Part shown: positions 11,797 through 24,234 of the stretch, piece after piece
Position numbering within the stretch: the first letter of the stretch is position 1
Layout of the letters: each line of letters opens with the position of its first letter
From: Chiloscyllium plagiosum
Taxonomy: Eukaryota
Direction: 5' to 3'
Assembly (NCBI RefSeq): GCF_004010195.1
Contig: NC_057754.1
Coordinates: forward strand, 9,953,562 to 10,015,561
Length of the DNA stretch: 62,000 nucleotides
The notes under the pieces: generated by a model
Databases searched by the model: none
The model's input: the letters and a program-made list of their open reading frames with translations, nothing else
Told to the model about the DNA's origin: nothing
Position numbers and translations under genes: made by a program

Positions 11797-14230
11797 GGTT
11801 AGACCACTTTTCCAGGTTGAACTCCATCTGCTTCTTATCAGCCCAGCTCTGCATCCTGTCAATGTCCCATTGCAACCTACAACAGCCCTTCACACTATCC
11901 ACAACTCCACCAACCTTCGTGTCATTAACAAACTTACTAACGCACTCTTCCACTTCCTCATCCAAGTCATTTATAAAAATCATAAAGAGCTGAGATCCCA
12001 GAGCCGAGCCCTGTGGAACGCCACTGGTCACCGAGCTCCAGGCTGAATACTTTCCACCAACTACCACCCTCTGTCTTCTGTGGGCCATCCAATTCTGTAT
12101 CCAGATTTCCCTGGGAGAAAGTGAGGACTGCAGATTCTGGAGATGAGAGTCGAGAGTGTGGTGCTGGAAAAACACAGCAGGTCGGGCAGCTTCCAAGGAG
12201 CTGGAGAATCGATGTTTCAGGCATAAGGCCTTCATTAGGAATTCCTGATGAAGGAATTGTGCCCGAAACGTTGATTCTCCTGCTCCTTAGATGCTGCCTG
12301 AGCTGCGTGCTTTTTCCAGCACCACACTCTCAAGCCAGATTTCCCTGTATCCTATGTCTCCTTACTTTCGGAATAAGCCTACCATGGGGAACCTTATCAA
12401 ACACCTTGCTAAAATCCATCCACTGTTTACCTTCATCGGGTTTTGTCACATCCTCAAAGAATTCAATAAGGTTTGTGAGGCATGACCTGCCCCCCCCCCA
12501 AAGCCATTTTGACTATCTCTATGCTTTTCCAAGTAATCATAAATCCTGTCTCTCAGAATCCTCTCCAAAAGTTTCCCCAACACTGACGTAAGACTGACTG
12601 GTCTGTAATTCTCAGGATTATCACTATTCCCTTTCTTGAACAAGGGAATAATATTTGCCACCTTCCAATCATCTGGTACTACTCCAGTGGACAGTGAGGA
12701 TGCAAAGATCATCGCCAAAGGTGAAGAAATCTCTTCCCTCACTTCCTGTAGTAACCTTGGGTACATCCCATCTGACCCAGGGGATTTATCTATCCTTAGG
12801 TTTTTCAAAATTTCAGCACATCCTCCTTCTGAGCAATAATCTGTTCTAACATATCAGTCTGTTACACGCTATCCTCTGAAACATCAAGGACCCTCTCAGT
12901 AGTGAGTACTGAAGCAACGTATTCATGAAGGACCTCCTCTACTTCCTCCAACGCAGGGCTTAAATTCCGTCCACTAACCCTGATTGGCCCTACCCTCACT
13001 CTGGTCATCCTCTTGTTCCTCACATACATGTAGAACACCTTGGGGTTTTCCTTAATCCTATCTGCCAAGGGTTTTTCATGCCCCCTTCTAGCCTAAGTCC
13101 AATCTTCAGTTCCTTCCTGGCTACCTTGAAGCTCTGTCTGAACCCTGCCTCCTCAAGCTTCTTTCTTCCTTTTGACTGGATGTTCCACATTCCTTGTCAT
13201 CCAAGGTTCCTACCATCCATTCCTTGCCTCAGTGGGACAAATCTGTCCAGCACTATCAACAGGAGCTCCCTAAACATCCTTCACATTTCTATTGTGCATT
13301 TTCCTGAGAAAAGCTGTTCCCAATTTTTGCACTCCAGATCCTGCCTAATCCACACTGTAATTCTCCCTCCCACAATTAAAAACTTTCCCATACTGTCTGT
13401 TCCTATCCTTCTCCATGAGTATCGTAAAGGTCATGCAGTTGTGATCACTGTTAGTGAAATGCTCTCCCACTGAGAGATCTGATATCTCTCAGCACCAAAT
13501 CCGATATAGCCTCCCCTCTCGTCGGCATATCTACATATTGCGTCAGAAACACTTCCTGGCCACATCTTACAAAAACTGCTTAATCCAAACTATTTGAACT
13601 AAGTACGTTTCATTCAAGATGAGGGAAGTTAAAGTCACCCATGACAACAACCTTTTTACTTCCAAAATCTGCCTCCCAATCTGATCCTCCGTGTCTGTAT
13701 TGCTACTGGGGGGGAGGGGCGGGGTGGTGCTGTAGAAATCTCCCAATAAAGTCACTGCTCCTTTCCTGTTTCTAACTTCCACCCATACTGACTCTGTAGA
13801 CAATCCTCGATGATCTCGCTTTCTGCAGCTGTCATACTATCTCTGATTAGCAATGCCACTCCTTCACTACTTTGACCTCTACCCCTATTCCTTTTGAAAC
13901 ATCTCAACTCTGGAACATCCAACAATCATTCCTGCCCCTATGATATCCAAGTCACCATAATGGCCACAACATCATAGTTCCAAGTACTGATCTATGTTCT
14001 GAGTTTGTCATCCTTGTTCCTGATACTTCTTGCATTAAAATGACACACTTCAACCCATCACACTGACTGCAGCTTTGCCGTATCAAGTCCCTATCCATCT
14101 TTACAGACTCTCTGCATGCTGTATCTGGCTGTTCATTACCTACTCCATCCTCGGATCCTTAGCTCCAGTTCCCACTCCCCTGCTAATCTAGTTTAAACCC
14201 TCCTGGTGAGCTTGGCAACCACCTGCCTGG
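11797..14230 (-). mobile_element. CR1 ORF2 (endonuclease-RT) fragment
   Basis: GVPQGSALG, KSPGSDGMYPRLL, NYRPVSLTS and ESVWVEVRN motifs in minus-strand ORFs. Confidence 0.88.
12114..12334. mobile_element. Palindromic PLE family A insertion with 13-bp TSD
   Basis: TSD CCAGATTTCCCTG at 12101-12113 and 12335-12347; two back-to-back hammerhead motifs around the centre GGAATTCC (12238-12245). Confidence 0.85.
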
Positions 14231-14394
14231 GATATCGGTGTCCCTCCCATTCAGATTAAAATTGATGTCAGAAGCCAAACTTTGATTTATGAATTAATTC
14301 ATAATCATCTGCCATTTCTGCTGAAGTTATAACTCTATGCCCTACTCTGTGAGTTCTCACTACTAGTTCTCACTAGTGAATTTAGAACTCCTCG

Positions 14395-15320
14395 GGAGCA
14401 CCTGATGCAGTAAGTGAGGATTGGAGGAGAGGCAGATGAATGTCTGCCTCACCTGGAAGGATTGTTTGGGGCCCTGGATGGAGGTGAGGGGTTGGTGTAC
14501 TGGCAAGTTTTGCATCTTTTCCGGTTGCAGGGGAAAGTACTGAGGGGGGCTGGAGAGGTTTGGTGGGGACAGTGGCGTGAACCAAAGATTGGCGAAGCAA
14601 TGGTCCTTGTGGATGGCAGAGAGTGCTGGGGAGGGGAAGATGTTCTTGGGGTCTAGTTGGAGTTGGCAGAAGTGATGAGTCCGATGTGGAGATTGGTGGT
14701 TGCTAGGTGAGGACAAGGGGGAGACTGTCTTTATAACGTTTGGAGGAGGGGTATTAGAGCAGTGGAGTGAGGATTGGAGGTGGTGCGGCTGACGGCTGTC
14801 TAGATGACAGAGGGAGGAATAACGCGTTGTTCGAAATAGTTGGACATGTGGGATGCTTGGGAGTGGAATGCCCCCTCATCTGAGCAGATGCAACGGAGCA
14901 ATTGAGAAAACGGGGTGGAGGTCTTGCAGGACAGTGGGTGGAAAGAGGTGTAGTCCAGGTAGTTATGGGAGTCTGTGGGTTTACAGTAAATGCTCGTCTG
15001 GAGGCTGTCGCCCGAGATGGAAATGGGGAGGTCAAGAAAGTGGAGGGAGATGTCCGAGATGGACTAAGTGAATTTAAGGACGGGGTGGAAGTTGTGGGTG
15101 AAGTCGATAAACTACTCCCCTTCAACCTGGGTGCAGGATGTAGCTGTCACTAACCCACCACCCGTCCCTCTCCTCACCCAAAACCCTTCGCCACACCCCC
15201 CTCCCAACTTTATCTTCAGCTCCCCTTACACCCACCCCCAGTCCTGAAAAGGTTTGACTTCTCCAACCTCTGATGCTGCCTGGCTTGCTGTGTTCTTCCA
15301 GCCTCCTGCTTGTCTAACTT
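14395..15320 (-). mobile_element. Penelope-like element RT/linker fragment with inverted terminal piece (15110-15320, +)
   Basis: Minus-strand frames give FHPVLKF..SISDISLHFLDL, YCKPTDSHNYLDY and FPCNRKRCKTC (PLE RT thumb and Cys linker). Confidence 0.8.
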
Positions 15321-15447
15321 TGTTTGAATCAGCAATACTCATTTGGCCAGTTGCCAATTCATTTGCTTATCTCAAAAGATATGAAAAAGGCTTCTCACCC
15401 TTCTTGTCAAACGTTGGCGATGCTTGGATATATTTAAACAGATCCAT

Positions 15448-15717
15448 GATGCGGAGGAGCCGGAGTTGGGTTGAGGTGGACAACGTTAGAAATCACACAA
15501 CACCAGGTTACACACAGAGGGTGGTACGCATATGGAATGAGCTGCCACATTGTTGAGGCAGGAACCTGAGGGGCAACGTGCTAGCTTTCAGAGCGTCGCT
15601 CCTTCTTCAGGGAGCTCGTCAACCTCACTAGCTACCTGACAAAGGAGCGTGGCTCCGAAAGCTTGCACTTCCAAATAAAGCTGTTGGACTATAACCTGGT
15701 GTCGTGTGACTTTTAAC
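15448..15717. mobile_element. Palindromic PLE family C insertion with 14-bp TSD
   Basis: TSD TTAAACAGATCCAT at 15434-15447 and 15718-15731; inverted hammerhead motifs at 15582-15610 (-) and 15636-15664 (+). Confidence 0.8.
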
Positions 15718-15891
15718 TTAAACAGATCCATCAGGCCTTTGGTTACCATGGGTTTGCTCTTCATCATTGTCCTCATCACTATTCCCACATTTTCCTTTAC
15801 CTCCGTCATTTTAAGTTGACTTTCACTTTTTATTGCCAACCTCCGAAGTTCAACATCTCTCTCTGTATCCCTTTCTTTTGCCAAGGCTGGT

Positions 15892-17650
15892 GGAGTCATG
15901 GAGTCGTACAGTAGAGACAGGCCCTTTGACCCAAACTGATCGATGCTGACCAAAATGTCCAACTACACAAACCCCATTTCCCTGCACTTGGCCCATATCC
16001 TTCTAAACCTTTCCTGTCCATGTACTTGCTAAGATGCTGTTAATGTACCCGCCTCAACTACCGTGGCTGCTCATTCCATATGTGTACCATCCTCTGTGCA
16101 AAAATGTTGCCCCTCAGGTTCCCTTTTATTGTTTCCCCTCTCACCTTAAAATGATGCCCTCTAGTCCGCGATTCACCATCCCTGGGAAATAGACTGAGTG
16201 CATTCACCATGTTCTTATACATTTCTATAAGATTCCCCCTCAGTCTTCTATACTCTGAAGAAAAAAGTCCTAGCTTGTCCAACCTCTCTGACCATTGAGT
16301 CCTGGCGACATCCTTGTAAATTTCTTCCGCACTCGTTCCAGTTCAATAACATCCTTCCCATAGCAAGGTGACCAAAACTGAACATAATACTCCAAGTGCA
16401 GCCTCACCAACGTCCTGTACAACTGCAACATAACTTCTCAACTTCTATAATCAATGCCCTGACTGGTGAAGGCCAGTGTGCCAAAAGCTGCCTTCACTGC
16501 CCTGTCTACCTGTAACTCCACTTTCAGAGAATCGTGCACCTAAACTCCAACATCTTCTGTTCCACTGCACTCTTTAAGGCCCAACCATTCACCATGAAAC
16601 TCTTACCTTGATTTGACTTCCCAAAATACAACACCTCACACTTATCTATATGAAACACCATTTGCCATTTCTCAGCCCATTTCCTCAGCTGATCAAGGTC
16701 CTGCTGCAATTTCTGATAACCTTACTCATTGTCCATGATTCCATCTATTTTAGTGTCATCAGCAAATGTATTAATCATGCCTTGTACATTCTCATCCAAA
16801 TCATTCAAAAAGATAACAAACAGCAATGGGCCCAGCACCAACCCCTGAGGCACTCCACTAGTCTCAGGCCTCCAGTCTGACAAGCACCCTTCCACTATTA
16901 CCCTCTGCTTCCTACCATCAAGCCACTTGTGTATCCAATTTGCCAGGTCCCCCTGGTTCCATGTGATCTAACTTTCCAGAGCAGCCTACCATGTGGAAAC
17001 TTACCAAAGACCTTACTGAAATCCATATAGACTACATATACCGCCCCGCCCTCATCAACCTTCCTGGTCACTTCATCAAAGAACTCCAACAAATTTGTGA
17101 GGCAAGATCTCGCACTCACAAAGCCATGCTGACTACTCCTAATCAAACTCTTTCTTTCCAAATATCTTATCTCTCAGAATCTTCTCAAGTAACTTACCTA
17201 CTACCGATGTTAAGCTGACTGGTGTAAAGTTCCCAGGTTTCTCTTTGCAGCCCTCCTTGAGTAATGGCACAACATTCACTCCCCTCCAGTCTTCCTGGAT
17301 CTCACCCATGGCTAATGATGAGGCAAAAATATCAGCCAGGGCCCCTGCAATTTCTTCTGGTGTCTTGCAGTGTTCTTGGATATGTCTGGTCACGACTAGG
17401 AGATTTATCCACCTTCATGCACTCTAATATGTCCAACACGTCCCTCTAGTGTGATATGGACCGTCCCCAAGATGTGACCACTAACTTCCCGTCAAGTTCC
17501 CAAATCTTCATGTCTTTCTGCATGGTCAACACAGAAGAGAAATATCTATTGAAGACCTTGCCCATCACCTGCACTTCCACGCATTCATGTCCACTTTAGT
17601 CCTTGAAGAATCCTATTCTCACTCTAGTTATTCTTTTCCCTTTAAAATAT
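15892..17650 (-). mobile_element. CR1 LINE, 3' half
   Basis: SQHGFVSARSCLTNLLEFF, YMDFSKVF and LRGNLIEMYK motifs; 3' UTR near 15900. Confidence 0.9.
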
Positions 17651-18494
17651 TGAAATTTGGATTCACCATTATCTTCTCAGCTTTTTCTGTTTCTTCTGCT
17701 TTCGATCATAGCATAAACTGTTTCATTTCATTTTCATATTCAAGCTGTTTTAATTCTTTTGCTCTGTGTTCTGCTGCAATTATCTCTCTCTTTTGCTTTT
17801 GCCTCTCTTTCTTTGCCCATTTCCACTGCCTCTCATTCAACCTGCTTCAGTGGCAACTGAATTTTAGCAATTTTCAATGATTCCAATTGCATTCCTGTCA
17901 ATTGTAATTACTGAAGCATTGCTAGAATTGTCTTCCCTTTCCTCACAGACCAGGTGATTGCAAATACAGCTTGTCTGCCGACTCCAAAAGATTTGCCTTC
18001 CTCACCTTCTGTAAATCACTGAAGTGACTTCTTCCACACCCAGGAATCTCTTAGCCATCAAAAGACGCAATATTACACATGGCACATTTATTTAAATCAA
18101 TTAAATGCAACACCTGAAAAGAGAACATCAATGCTCTCCACTCACTGTCTCTGAGTTCATTGATCCTAAACTCAACCTGGAAATAGAGATTTTGATCCCA
18201 GACAATATTGTCCAATTTTGTTATGGACCAGATCAGACACTTGTTCCCCACATCCCCTACCCCACACAAAGTAGATAGACTAGACCCGAACACTTACAGT
18301 CACTGAAAGGCAAGTGTAAGGCTCTGCGTTCCTGTTATAAGACCACTAGCCTTTAAGCAAAGCTCATTTTATTCTTACAACATAGTTAAAATACAAATGG
18401 AAAGCAGAATTGGCATAACTTCAACTCTATTGAAGTACTTAACAAGATAATATATGCTGATCATCAACTGCTCCAACATAGGCAGCAACCATTG

Positions 18495-18690
18495 GGGATT
18501 GGTTTAGCTTAGTTGGCTGGATTGTTGGTTTATAGAGCAGGGTGAGTTCAATTCCCATCGCTGGTTTGAGGTTACTGTGAAGGACTATTCTTCCCTCACC
18601 TGAAGTCTGGTGGCCCTGAGGTTAAATCACCACCAGTTGCTTCTCTCTAATGAAAGAGCAGCCCCTATTGTCTGGTGAGACTATGGTGAC
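18495..18690 (+). mobile_element. Second tRNA-derived SINE family
   Basis: A-box-like GGTTTAGCTTAGTTGG and B-box-like GAGTTCAATTCC; body CCTGAGGTTAAATCACCACC recurs inverted at ~54340-54490. Confidence 0.6.
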
Positions 18691-19044
18691 ACAGCTACCG
18701 GCAGCATTCTATTGTGTTTCAGTTTTGATATAATAAGGTGGGATTCGAGGTTCATCCTCATTTTCCCTGTGAACTGGCTGTACGGTGGGGTTTGGGGGTC
18801 TGACTTTGCTGCCCCTTTCCCCTGTAAATTGCTGCTTTTTGTAAACTGCTATTCATTGTTAACTGTTCAGTCATAATTTGTACTGGTTAATAAAAAAAGG
18901 ACAGTTTTATTCTCACACGCTGTTTATCGCCAGTCCAGAAGAAAGAAACAATCTACCCCTTTTGATTTTTTTAAGTGGAAGCCTCACTGTCTAAAACTTA
19001 AATGTAGCAGCCAGGAACTCAAGCTTTTAACTCATCGTCCAGAT

Positions 19045-20505
19045 TGTTGACTTGCTCACTGAGCTGGTAGGCTTGCTCACAGACGTTTCATCATCATTCT
19101 AGGTAACATCATCGGTGAGCCTCTGCTGAACCATTGGCATGCTGTCCTGCTTGCTATGTATGTGTCTGGGTCTGCTGGGCTGGGTGGCATCCTTTTCAGT
19201 TTTGGTGCCATTTCTGTTCATTTGTGGTTGGTGTATGGGGTCCATCTCTACATGTTTGTTGATGGAATTCTGGATTGAATACCAGACTCCTAAGAATTCC
19301 TGTGCATGTCTCAAGCTGGCTTGTCCCAGGATGGATACATTGCCCCAGTTGAATTTTGATTGTTCATGTGTATGGATACAAATGAAAACTGGTCATGTTG
19401 TTTGGTGGCTACTTAGTGTTTGTGTACCCCGGTGGCTAATTCCCTTCCTGCTTCCCGTATATAGCGTTTCTGGCAATCTTCACATGGTATTCTGTATATA
19501 ACATTAGTTCTGCTAGTTGTGGGTATGGGATCATTTGTACTTGTTAGCAGCTATCGTAGTGTGGTAGTTAGTTTGTGGCCTACCATAATACCCGGGGTTG
19601 GAATAGCCTGGTGGTCATTTCTGATGTGTCTTTAATGTCTGGCAGTGTGGCCAGTTTGTCTGGACGTGTTGTCGCTTCCCATTGTGGACTGTCAGGTAAG
19701 CATCAATGGACTATGCTTTTTGGGCACCCGTTGTTTCTGAGAATGTTGTGTAAGTGTTCTTTTTTGGCTTTGCACAGCTCCGGGGTGCTGCAGTGTGTCC
19801 CGGCTCGCTTGAACAATGTTCTGATGCAGCTCCATTTGTGGGTTTTGGGATGGTTGCTGTTGTAGTTGAGTACTTGGTCTATATAGGTGGCCTTCCTGTA
19901 TACACTGGCCTGGAGCTTCCCATTGGTCTTGCATTCAACCATTACGTCTAGGAATGGAAGCCAGTTGTAATTCTCTTCTTCCTTGGTGAACTTCATGCTG
20001 GTAAGGATGTTGCTTATGAGTTGATGGGTTTCCTTTAGCTGCCCGCGTTTGATAATGACAAAGATGTCATCCATATAGCTGATCCACAGTTTAGGCTGGA
20101 TAATGGGCAGAGGTGTCTGTTCTAGTCTGTGCATGACAGCTTCTGCTATTAGTCCTGATATTGGAGATCCCGTGAGTATGCCGTTGATTTGTTCATATAC
20201 CTGGACAACGTATCCATCCTAAAACAAGCCAGATAGCGACATGCACTGGAATTCCTGGAAGCCTAGCACTCAACACGGAATGCCATGAACAAACATGTAG
20301 AGTTGGACCTCATACACCAACCACAAAGGAACAGAACCAACAACAAAACCAGAAATGATGCCATCCAGCCCAGCAGACCCAGACATCTAAATACCAAACA
20401 GGACAGCACACCAACACTTCACTGGAGACTCACTGATGATGTTACCACAATGGTGACTAAACATCTGAGAACAAACCTACCAGCTCAGCGAGCAAGTCAA
20501 CAATC
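19045..20505 (-). mobile_element. Penelope-like element (family D): RT plus GIY-YIG remnant, with inverted terminal repeat 20207-20505 (+)
   Basis: ORF 19703-20134: PKLWISYMDDIFVI...LPFLDVMV...VYRKATYIDQVLNYNSNHP; ORFs 19099-19314 (-) and 20285-20695 (+) share NKHVE.D.IHQP, showing the inverted duplication. Confidence 0.9.
20429..20469 (+). ncRNA. Hammerhead ribozyme motif (PLE family D), mutated
   Basis: CTCA-CTGATGA-T-GTTACC-ACAAT-GGTGAC-TAAACATC-TGAG: stems I and II pair; GAAACGTC altered to TAAACATC. Confidence 0.6.
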
Positions 20506-21797
20506 TCAATCTTTTGTTTCAGTAAAAGTCAAACACCCAGGGAGAACTCAGAAGCTGTTTACCAACTTTCCGTCTGAAGGAGACATTCTGTTACCACTGT
20601 GGCAAAACCTCTCTGCAAGAGAAGCAGCACAGGACAGATTGCTCTTAAAGGCACATTACCGTCACACTTTCCCCATCACCCTTGGAGAGCGCTAGCTGGT
20701 AAGTTCACTGGTAAAGCATCAGAATTACGATGCAGCCATACGGCTGCAGCAGGGTTAAGGAACAGGTTCGAACAAATCACTGTTTACAATGTAGGCCAAA
20801 AGATAGTGCAGACACTCATTCAAAAACTGTTCAAAGTTTTTACTTTCCAGGAGGGTGCTGAAGGAGATGACGGAGAGGTTTTGATGGAGAGTTCCAGAAC
20901 ACGATGCCTCGTGAAATATATTCGCACATCCCTGCTATCCTCCTCTCAATCCTTTTCTGCAACTTAATGAGGTTACTTCTGGGCAACATCCTCATTTCAT
21001 GGTCCCAGGTATATTCTATAAACTGCAAAGTCCTCAGCCCAAAAAAATGCTGTTTTCCTGTTTTCACTTGAGAGCCCAGCTTCAGTGGGAATTCCCAGGA
21101 AATTCCAGCTTCATCTGACCTTTGTCCGACAACTGCTTCCTCACATCACCTGAAACAACTTTGTGCTCATTTCCTTGTTGTTTTGGTCTTCCCAGGGAGG
21201 ACAGTATGTTGCTGTGCACCATCTAATCCCTTAATCACTCAAATAGGAAGGACCAAGACCATCAAAACTCACACAAATCCAAGACTACAAGAGCATTGGC
21301 AATAGACGCAATGGACTGAATGGCCTCATTTCATGCCTTAAGCATTCTTTGACTCTCATCTGTTCTATTACTTCTAGAAGCTTAGGAACAGACCAATATG
21401 CCATTCAACCCCTTAAGCATGTTCCACTAGTCAATGAGATCATGGCTGATCTGTAATCTAAATACACCTGCCATTGGCCCATTTCCCTTAATACCATTCT
21501 TTAATGAAGAAAATCTAGCTCAGATTTAAAACTAATAACAGACCTAGCACCAGTTGTGGACAAGAATGCCAAACATACACACCCTTTGTCTATAGAAGTG
21601 CGTGCTAGCATCTCTTATGAATGGCCCTAATTCTCAGACTATACACCTAATTCTAAAATCCCCAAACAGTGGAAATAGTTTCTTTATCTACCTTGTCTTT
21701 TGCTGTTAACATCTTGAAACTTCGATCTGATCACCCTTAACCTTCCAAATTCTGGAGAAATTATGCCTAATTTGTATAATTCCTCCTCATAACTTAG

Positions 21798-22016
21798 GAG
21801 AAAGTGAGGACTGCAGATGCTGGAGACCGGAGTTGAAAAGTGTGGTGCTGGAAAAGCGCAGCAGGCCAGGCAGCATCCGAGGAGCAGAAGAATCGACGTT
21901 TCGGGCATAAGCCCTTCTTCAGGAATGAGGGCTTATGGAGAAGGGCTTATGCCTGAAACGTCGATTCTCCTGCTCCTCGGATGCTGCCTGGCCTGCTGCA
22001 CTTTTCCAGCACCACA
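21798..22016. mobile_element. Palindromic PLE family A insertion with 15-bp TSD
   Basis: TSD CTCCTCATAACTTAG at 21783-21797 and 22017-22031; arms ~21840-21918 and ~21938-22016 nearly perfectly complementary. Confidence 0.88.
21895..21922 (-). ncRNA. Minimal hammerhead ribozyme motif, best-preserved copy
   Basis: Reverse strand CTGAAGA-A-GGGC-TTAT-GCCC-GAAACGTC. Confidence 0.75.
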
Positions 22017-23289
22017 CTCCTCATAACTTAGCCCATGAAGGTATCATTCTTGTAAATTAACCTTGCACTCCCTTCAACGCCAATATATCCTTCCTATGGT
22101 GTGGTCCCCAGAACTGCTCACAGTACCCCAAGTGTGATCGAAGCAGAGTTTTGTATAACTGCAGTACAACTTATGCATTGTTGTATTCCTGTCCCAAGAT
22201 ATAAAGGCCACCATTCAATAGTTTTCTTGATTATTTTCTGACATTTTAAAGATCTACACATCTGAACCCACCAGTCTCTTTGGACATCCACTATATTTAA
22301 CTTCATAAGATCTAAAAAGTTACCTGATATATCCGTTTTCACTCCAAATGGATAACCTCACACTCACCTACATTAAACTTCATCGGCCATATTTTTGTCC
22401 ATTCACTTCCCTTTGTAAGTTTATGGTATTATTGACAGTGTCACCAGCAAATTTGGATACGTGACTTTCAATACAAATATCTCAGTCGTTAATAAATAAT
22501 GTGCATAACTAAGGAACTTTACACAGATCCTTGTAGGACACCTCTGGTCACATTGCTCCAACTTGAGTACCTACCTATTATTTCTACTTTCTATCGCCTA
22601 ATGCTCAAACAATTCCCCAGCCATGTCAGCAGTTGGCTTCAGTTCGATAGGCTTCGATCTCAGAGAACAGTCTTGAGCATGGATTCTTTTCAAATGCTAC
22701 TAGAAATCCATATATAGATATTCCATTGTCCACTGTTTTCGTCACCTCTGCAAAAAATGAGGTTTGTCAGCTATGACCGACCTTTTAGAATTAGATTTTA
22801 TTGTCACCTGCCTTGAATCCATGCTAGCTCTCCCTGATAAACTGAAAAATTAATGTGTTCAGTTACCCCTTCCTTAATTATAGACTCCGACAATTTCCCC
22901 ATCACAGATGATGGCTACCTTGTCTGCACTTGACCAGTTTTCCTCTTTCACACTTCTTAAAAAGATGGAGTGGCATGTGCAATTCTCCAATCCAGAAGGA
23001 CATCTCCTGTATCGAGGGAAGTCTGAAAGATTATAGTTGTGGCCTCTGCAATGTGCTTCCCCTGGATGGAAATTGCCAGGTCCGGTTGATCGGTCACTCT
23101 TTGATTCCATTAATGTTCTCATTATCGATGTTTTTATTCAGTCCCTGTTCCCGAGCCACCATTCATTTCTTTGGGTCTTCCTCCTTTTCTACTGGAAATG
23201 CTGAGGCAAAGTAACTACTCAACATACCTGCCATTTCCTAATATTCATTCCCCACTTTTAATACTGAGTGGGCCAACAATATTGAGTAG

Positions 23290-23793
23290 GGCGACACGGT
23301 TTTCTTATTTCATTGTTTGCCCCCCCCCGCTTACGTCACTCATTTCCCTAAGACTGATCCCACAACTTCTGTTTATCCGGCCTTGTCCGTGACAAATGCC
23401 TATCTCTGGCCCCATAAGGTCGTTTGACGTCATCCCATCCTTTGCTTACCATTATCTACTCCCTCCATCTGCGCTGCCCCTCACAGCATCTTATCACTAA
23501 GCCCTTTTAATTGGGGTTTGTTCCTGTGTCTCTGTACAAGTGGGAAACCTACTGTTTATACAGGCCTCTCTTCACAGCATTTTATCTAGTGCCTGTATTT
23601 CTACCATTGTTTTGTAATCACGTCTCATGCTGACATACCATTTTTTTAATGGATTATATACTTCCTCTATGTAGTCCCCATTCTTGTTAACTCAGCTCTT
23701 AGCTGAGAAACAATCACAAATTAATGTGAATTCATTTACTCTGTATCAGAACTTATAATTGCAGAATTAACATTAATTCACCTATATCCCACA
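23290..23793 (-). mobile_element. Truncated LTR of the same family as the solo LTR at 39346-39887
   Basis: Shares CCATTATCTACTCCCTCCATCTG, AATTGGGGTTTGTTCCTGTGT and the end CCTATATC(C/T)CACA. Confidence 0.75.
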
Positions 23794-24234
23794 ATGGGCA
23801 TAACTGCAACCCTACCAAAACTCTCAGGGAGCTCAAAGCTGTTTACCCACTATTTCTGAAGGAGACATTTCTGTGGAAACATCTCTTTGCAAGAGCACAT
23901 CACAAATATCTCTTGAAGGCACAGTACCATCATAATATATCACTGTAAACTTTTTCTTATTGAATTAGATGTCCCTGGCAAATTTCCGTCCATGATCCCT
24001 TTTAACAGCTCTAATGAGCTGCATTGTGGCCCTTTGGCAGTCTGTCTATCTTTCTCATTCAGCAGCACTTGTGCCGGCTTTGCATTGTTGGAAGCCTTTT
24101 CTTTTAGTTTTATGCTGCTCCATATCTCTTTAATTGTCCACGGCTTTCTTTTCTGGGATGTGGAGCGTTTTTCTCTGGGGGTGTAAGATGGCTTTGCACT
24201 AAATGCTTCTTTAAACGTTGTACACTGTTCTTTG

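Larger units (their letters stand above)
14260..18080 (-). mobile_element. Fragmented Gypsy-type LTR retrotransposon gag (pieces ~18080-17650, 15890-15732, 15447-15320, 14385-14260)
   Basis: Minus-strand remnants translate as KRFLGVEEVT, LQKVRKANLLESADKL, ERDVELRRLAIK, DLFKYIQASPTFD and SAEMADDYELIHKSKFGF, in the order expected for a fish/shark Gypsy gag; assignment is from recalled similarity. Confidence 0.6.
18219..20666 (-). mobile_element. Putative 5' LTR of the Gypsy-type element, interrupted by a SINE and a PLE
   Basis: Ends TGTTATGGACCAG...TTAAAGGCACATTACCGTCACA resemble those of the solo LTR at 46076-46683; lies just upstream of the gag remnant. Confidence 0.55.
21380..23285 (-). mobile_element. 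Old decayed CR1 LINE
   Basis: CR1 3' UTR and RT remnants on the minus strand (e.g. ORFs 22118-22342 and 22874-23122). Confidence 0.75.

Noticed and set aside
21798..22016. Pre-miRNA or DNA-transposon MITE
   Set aside because: Arms are PLE terminal sequence also found unpaired elsewhere, and TSDs are long and variable.
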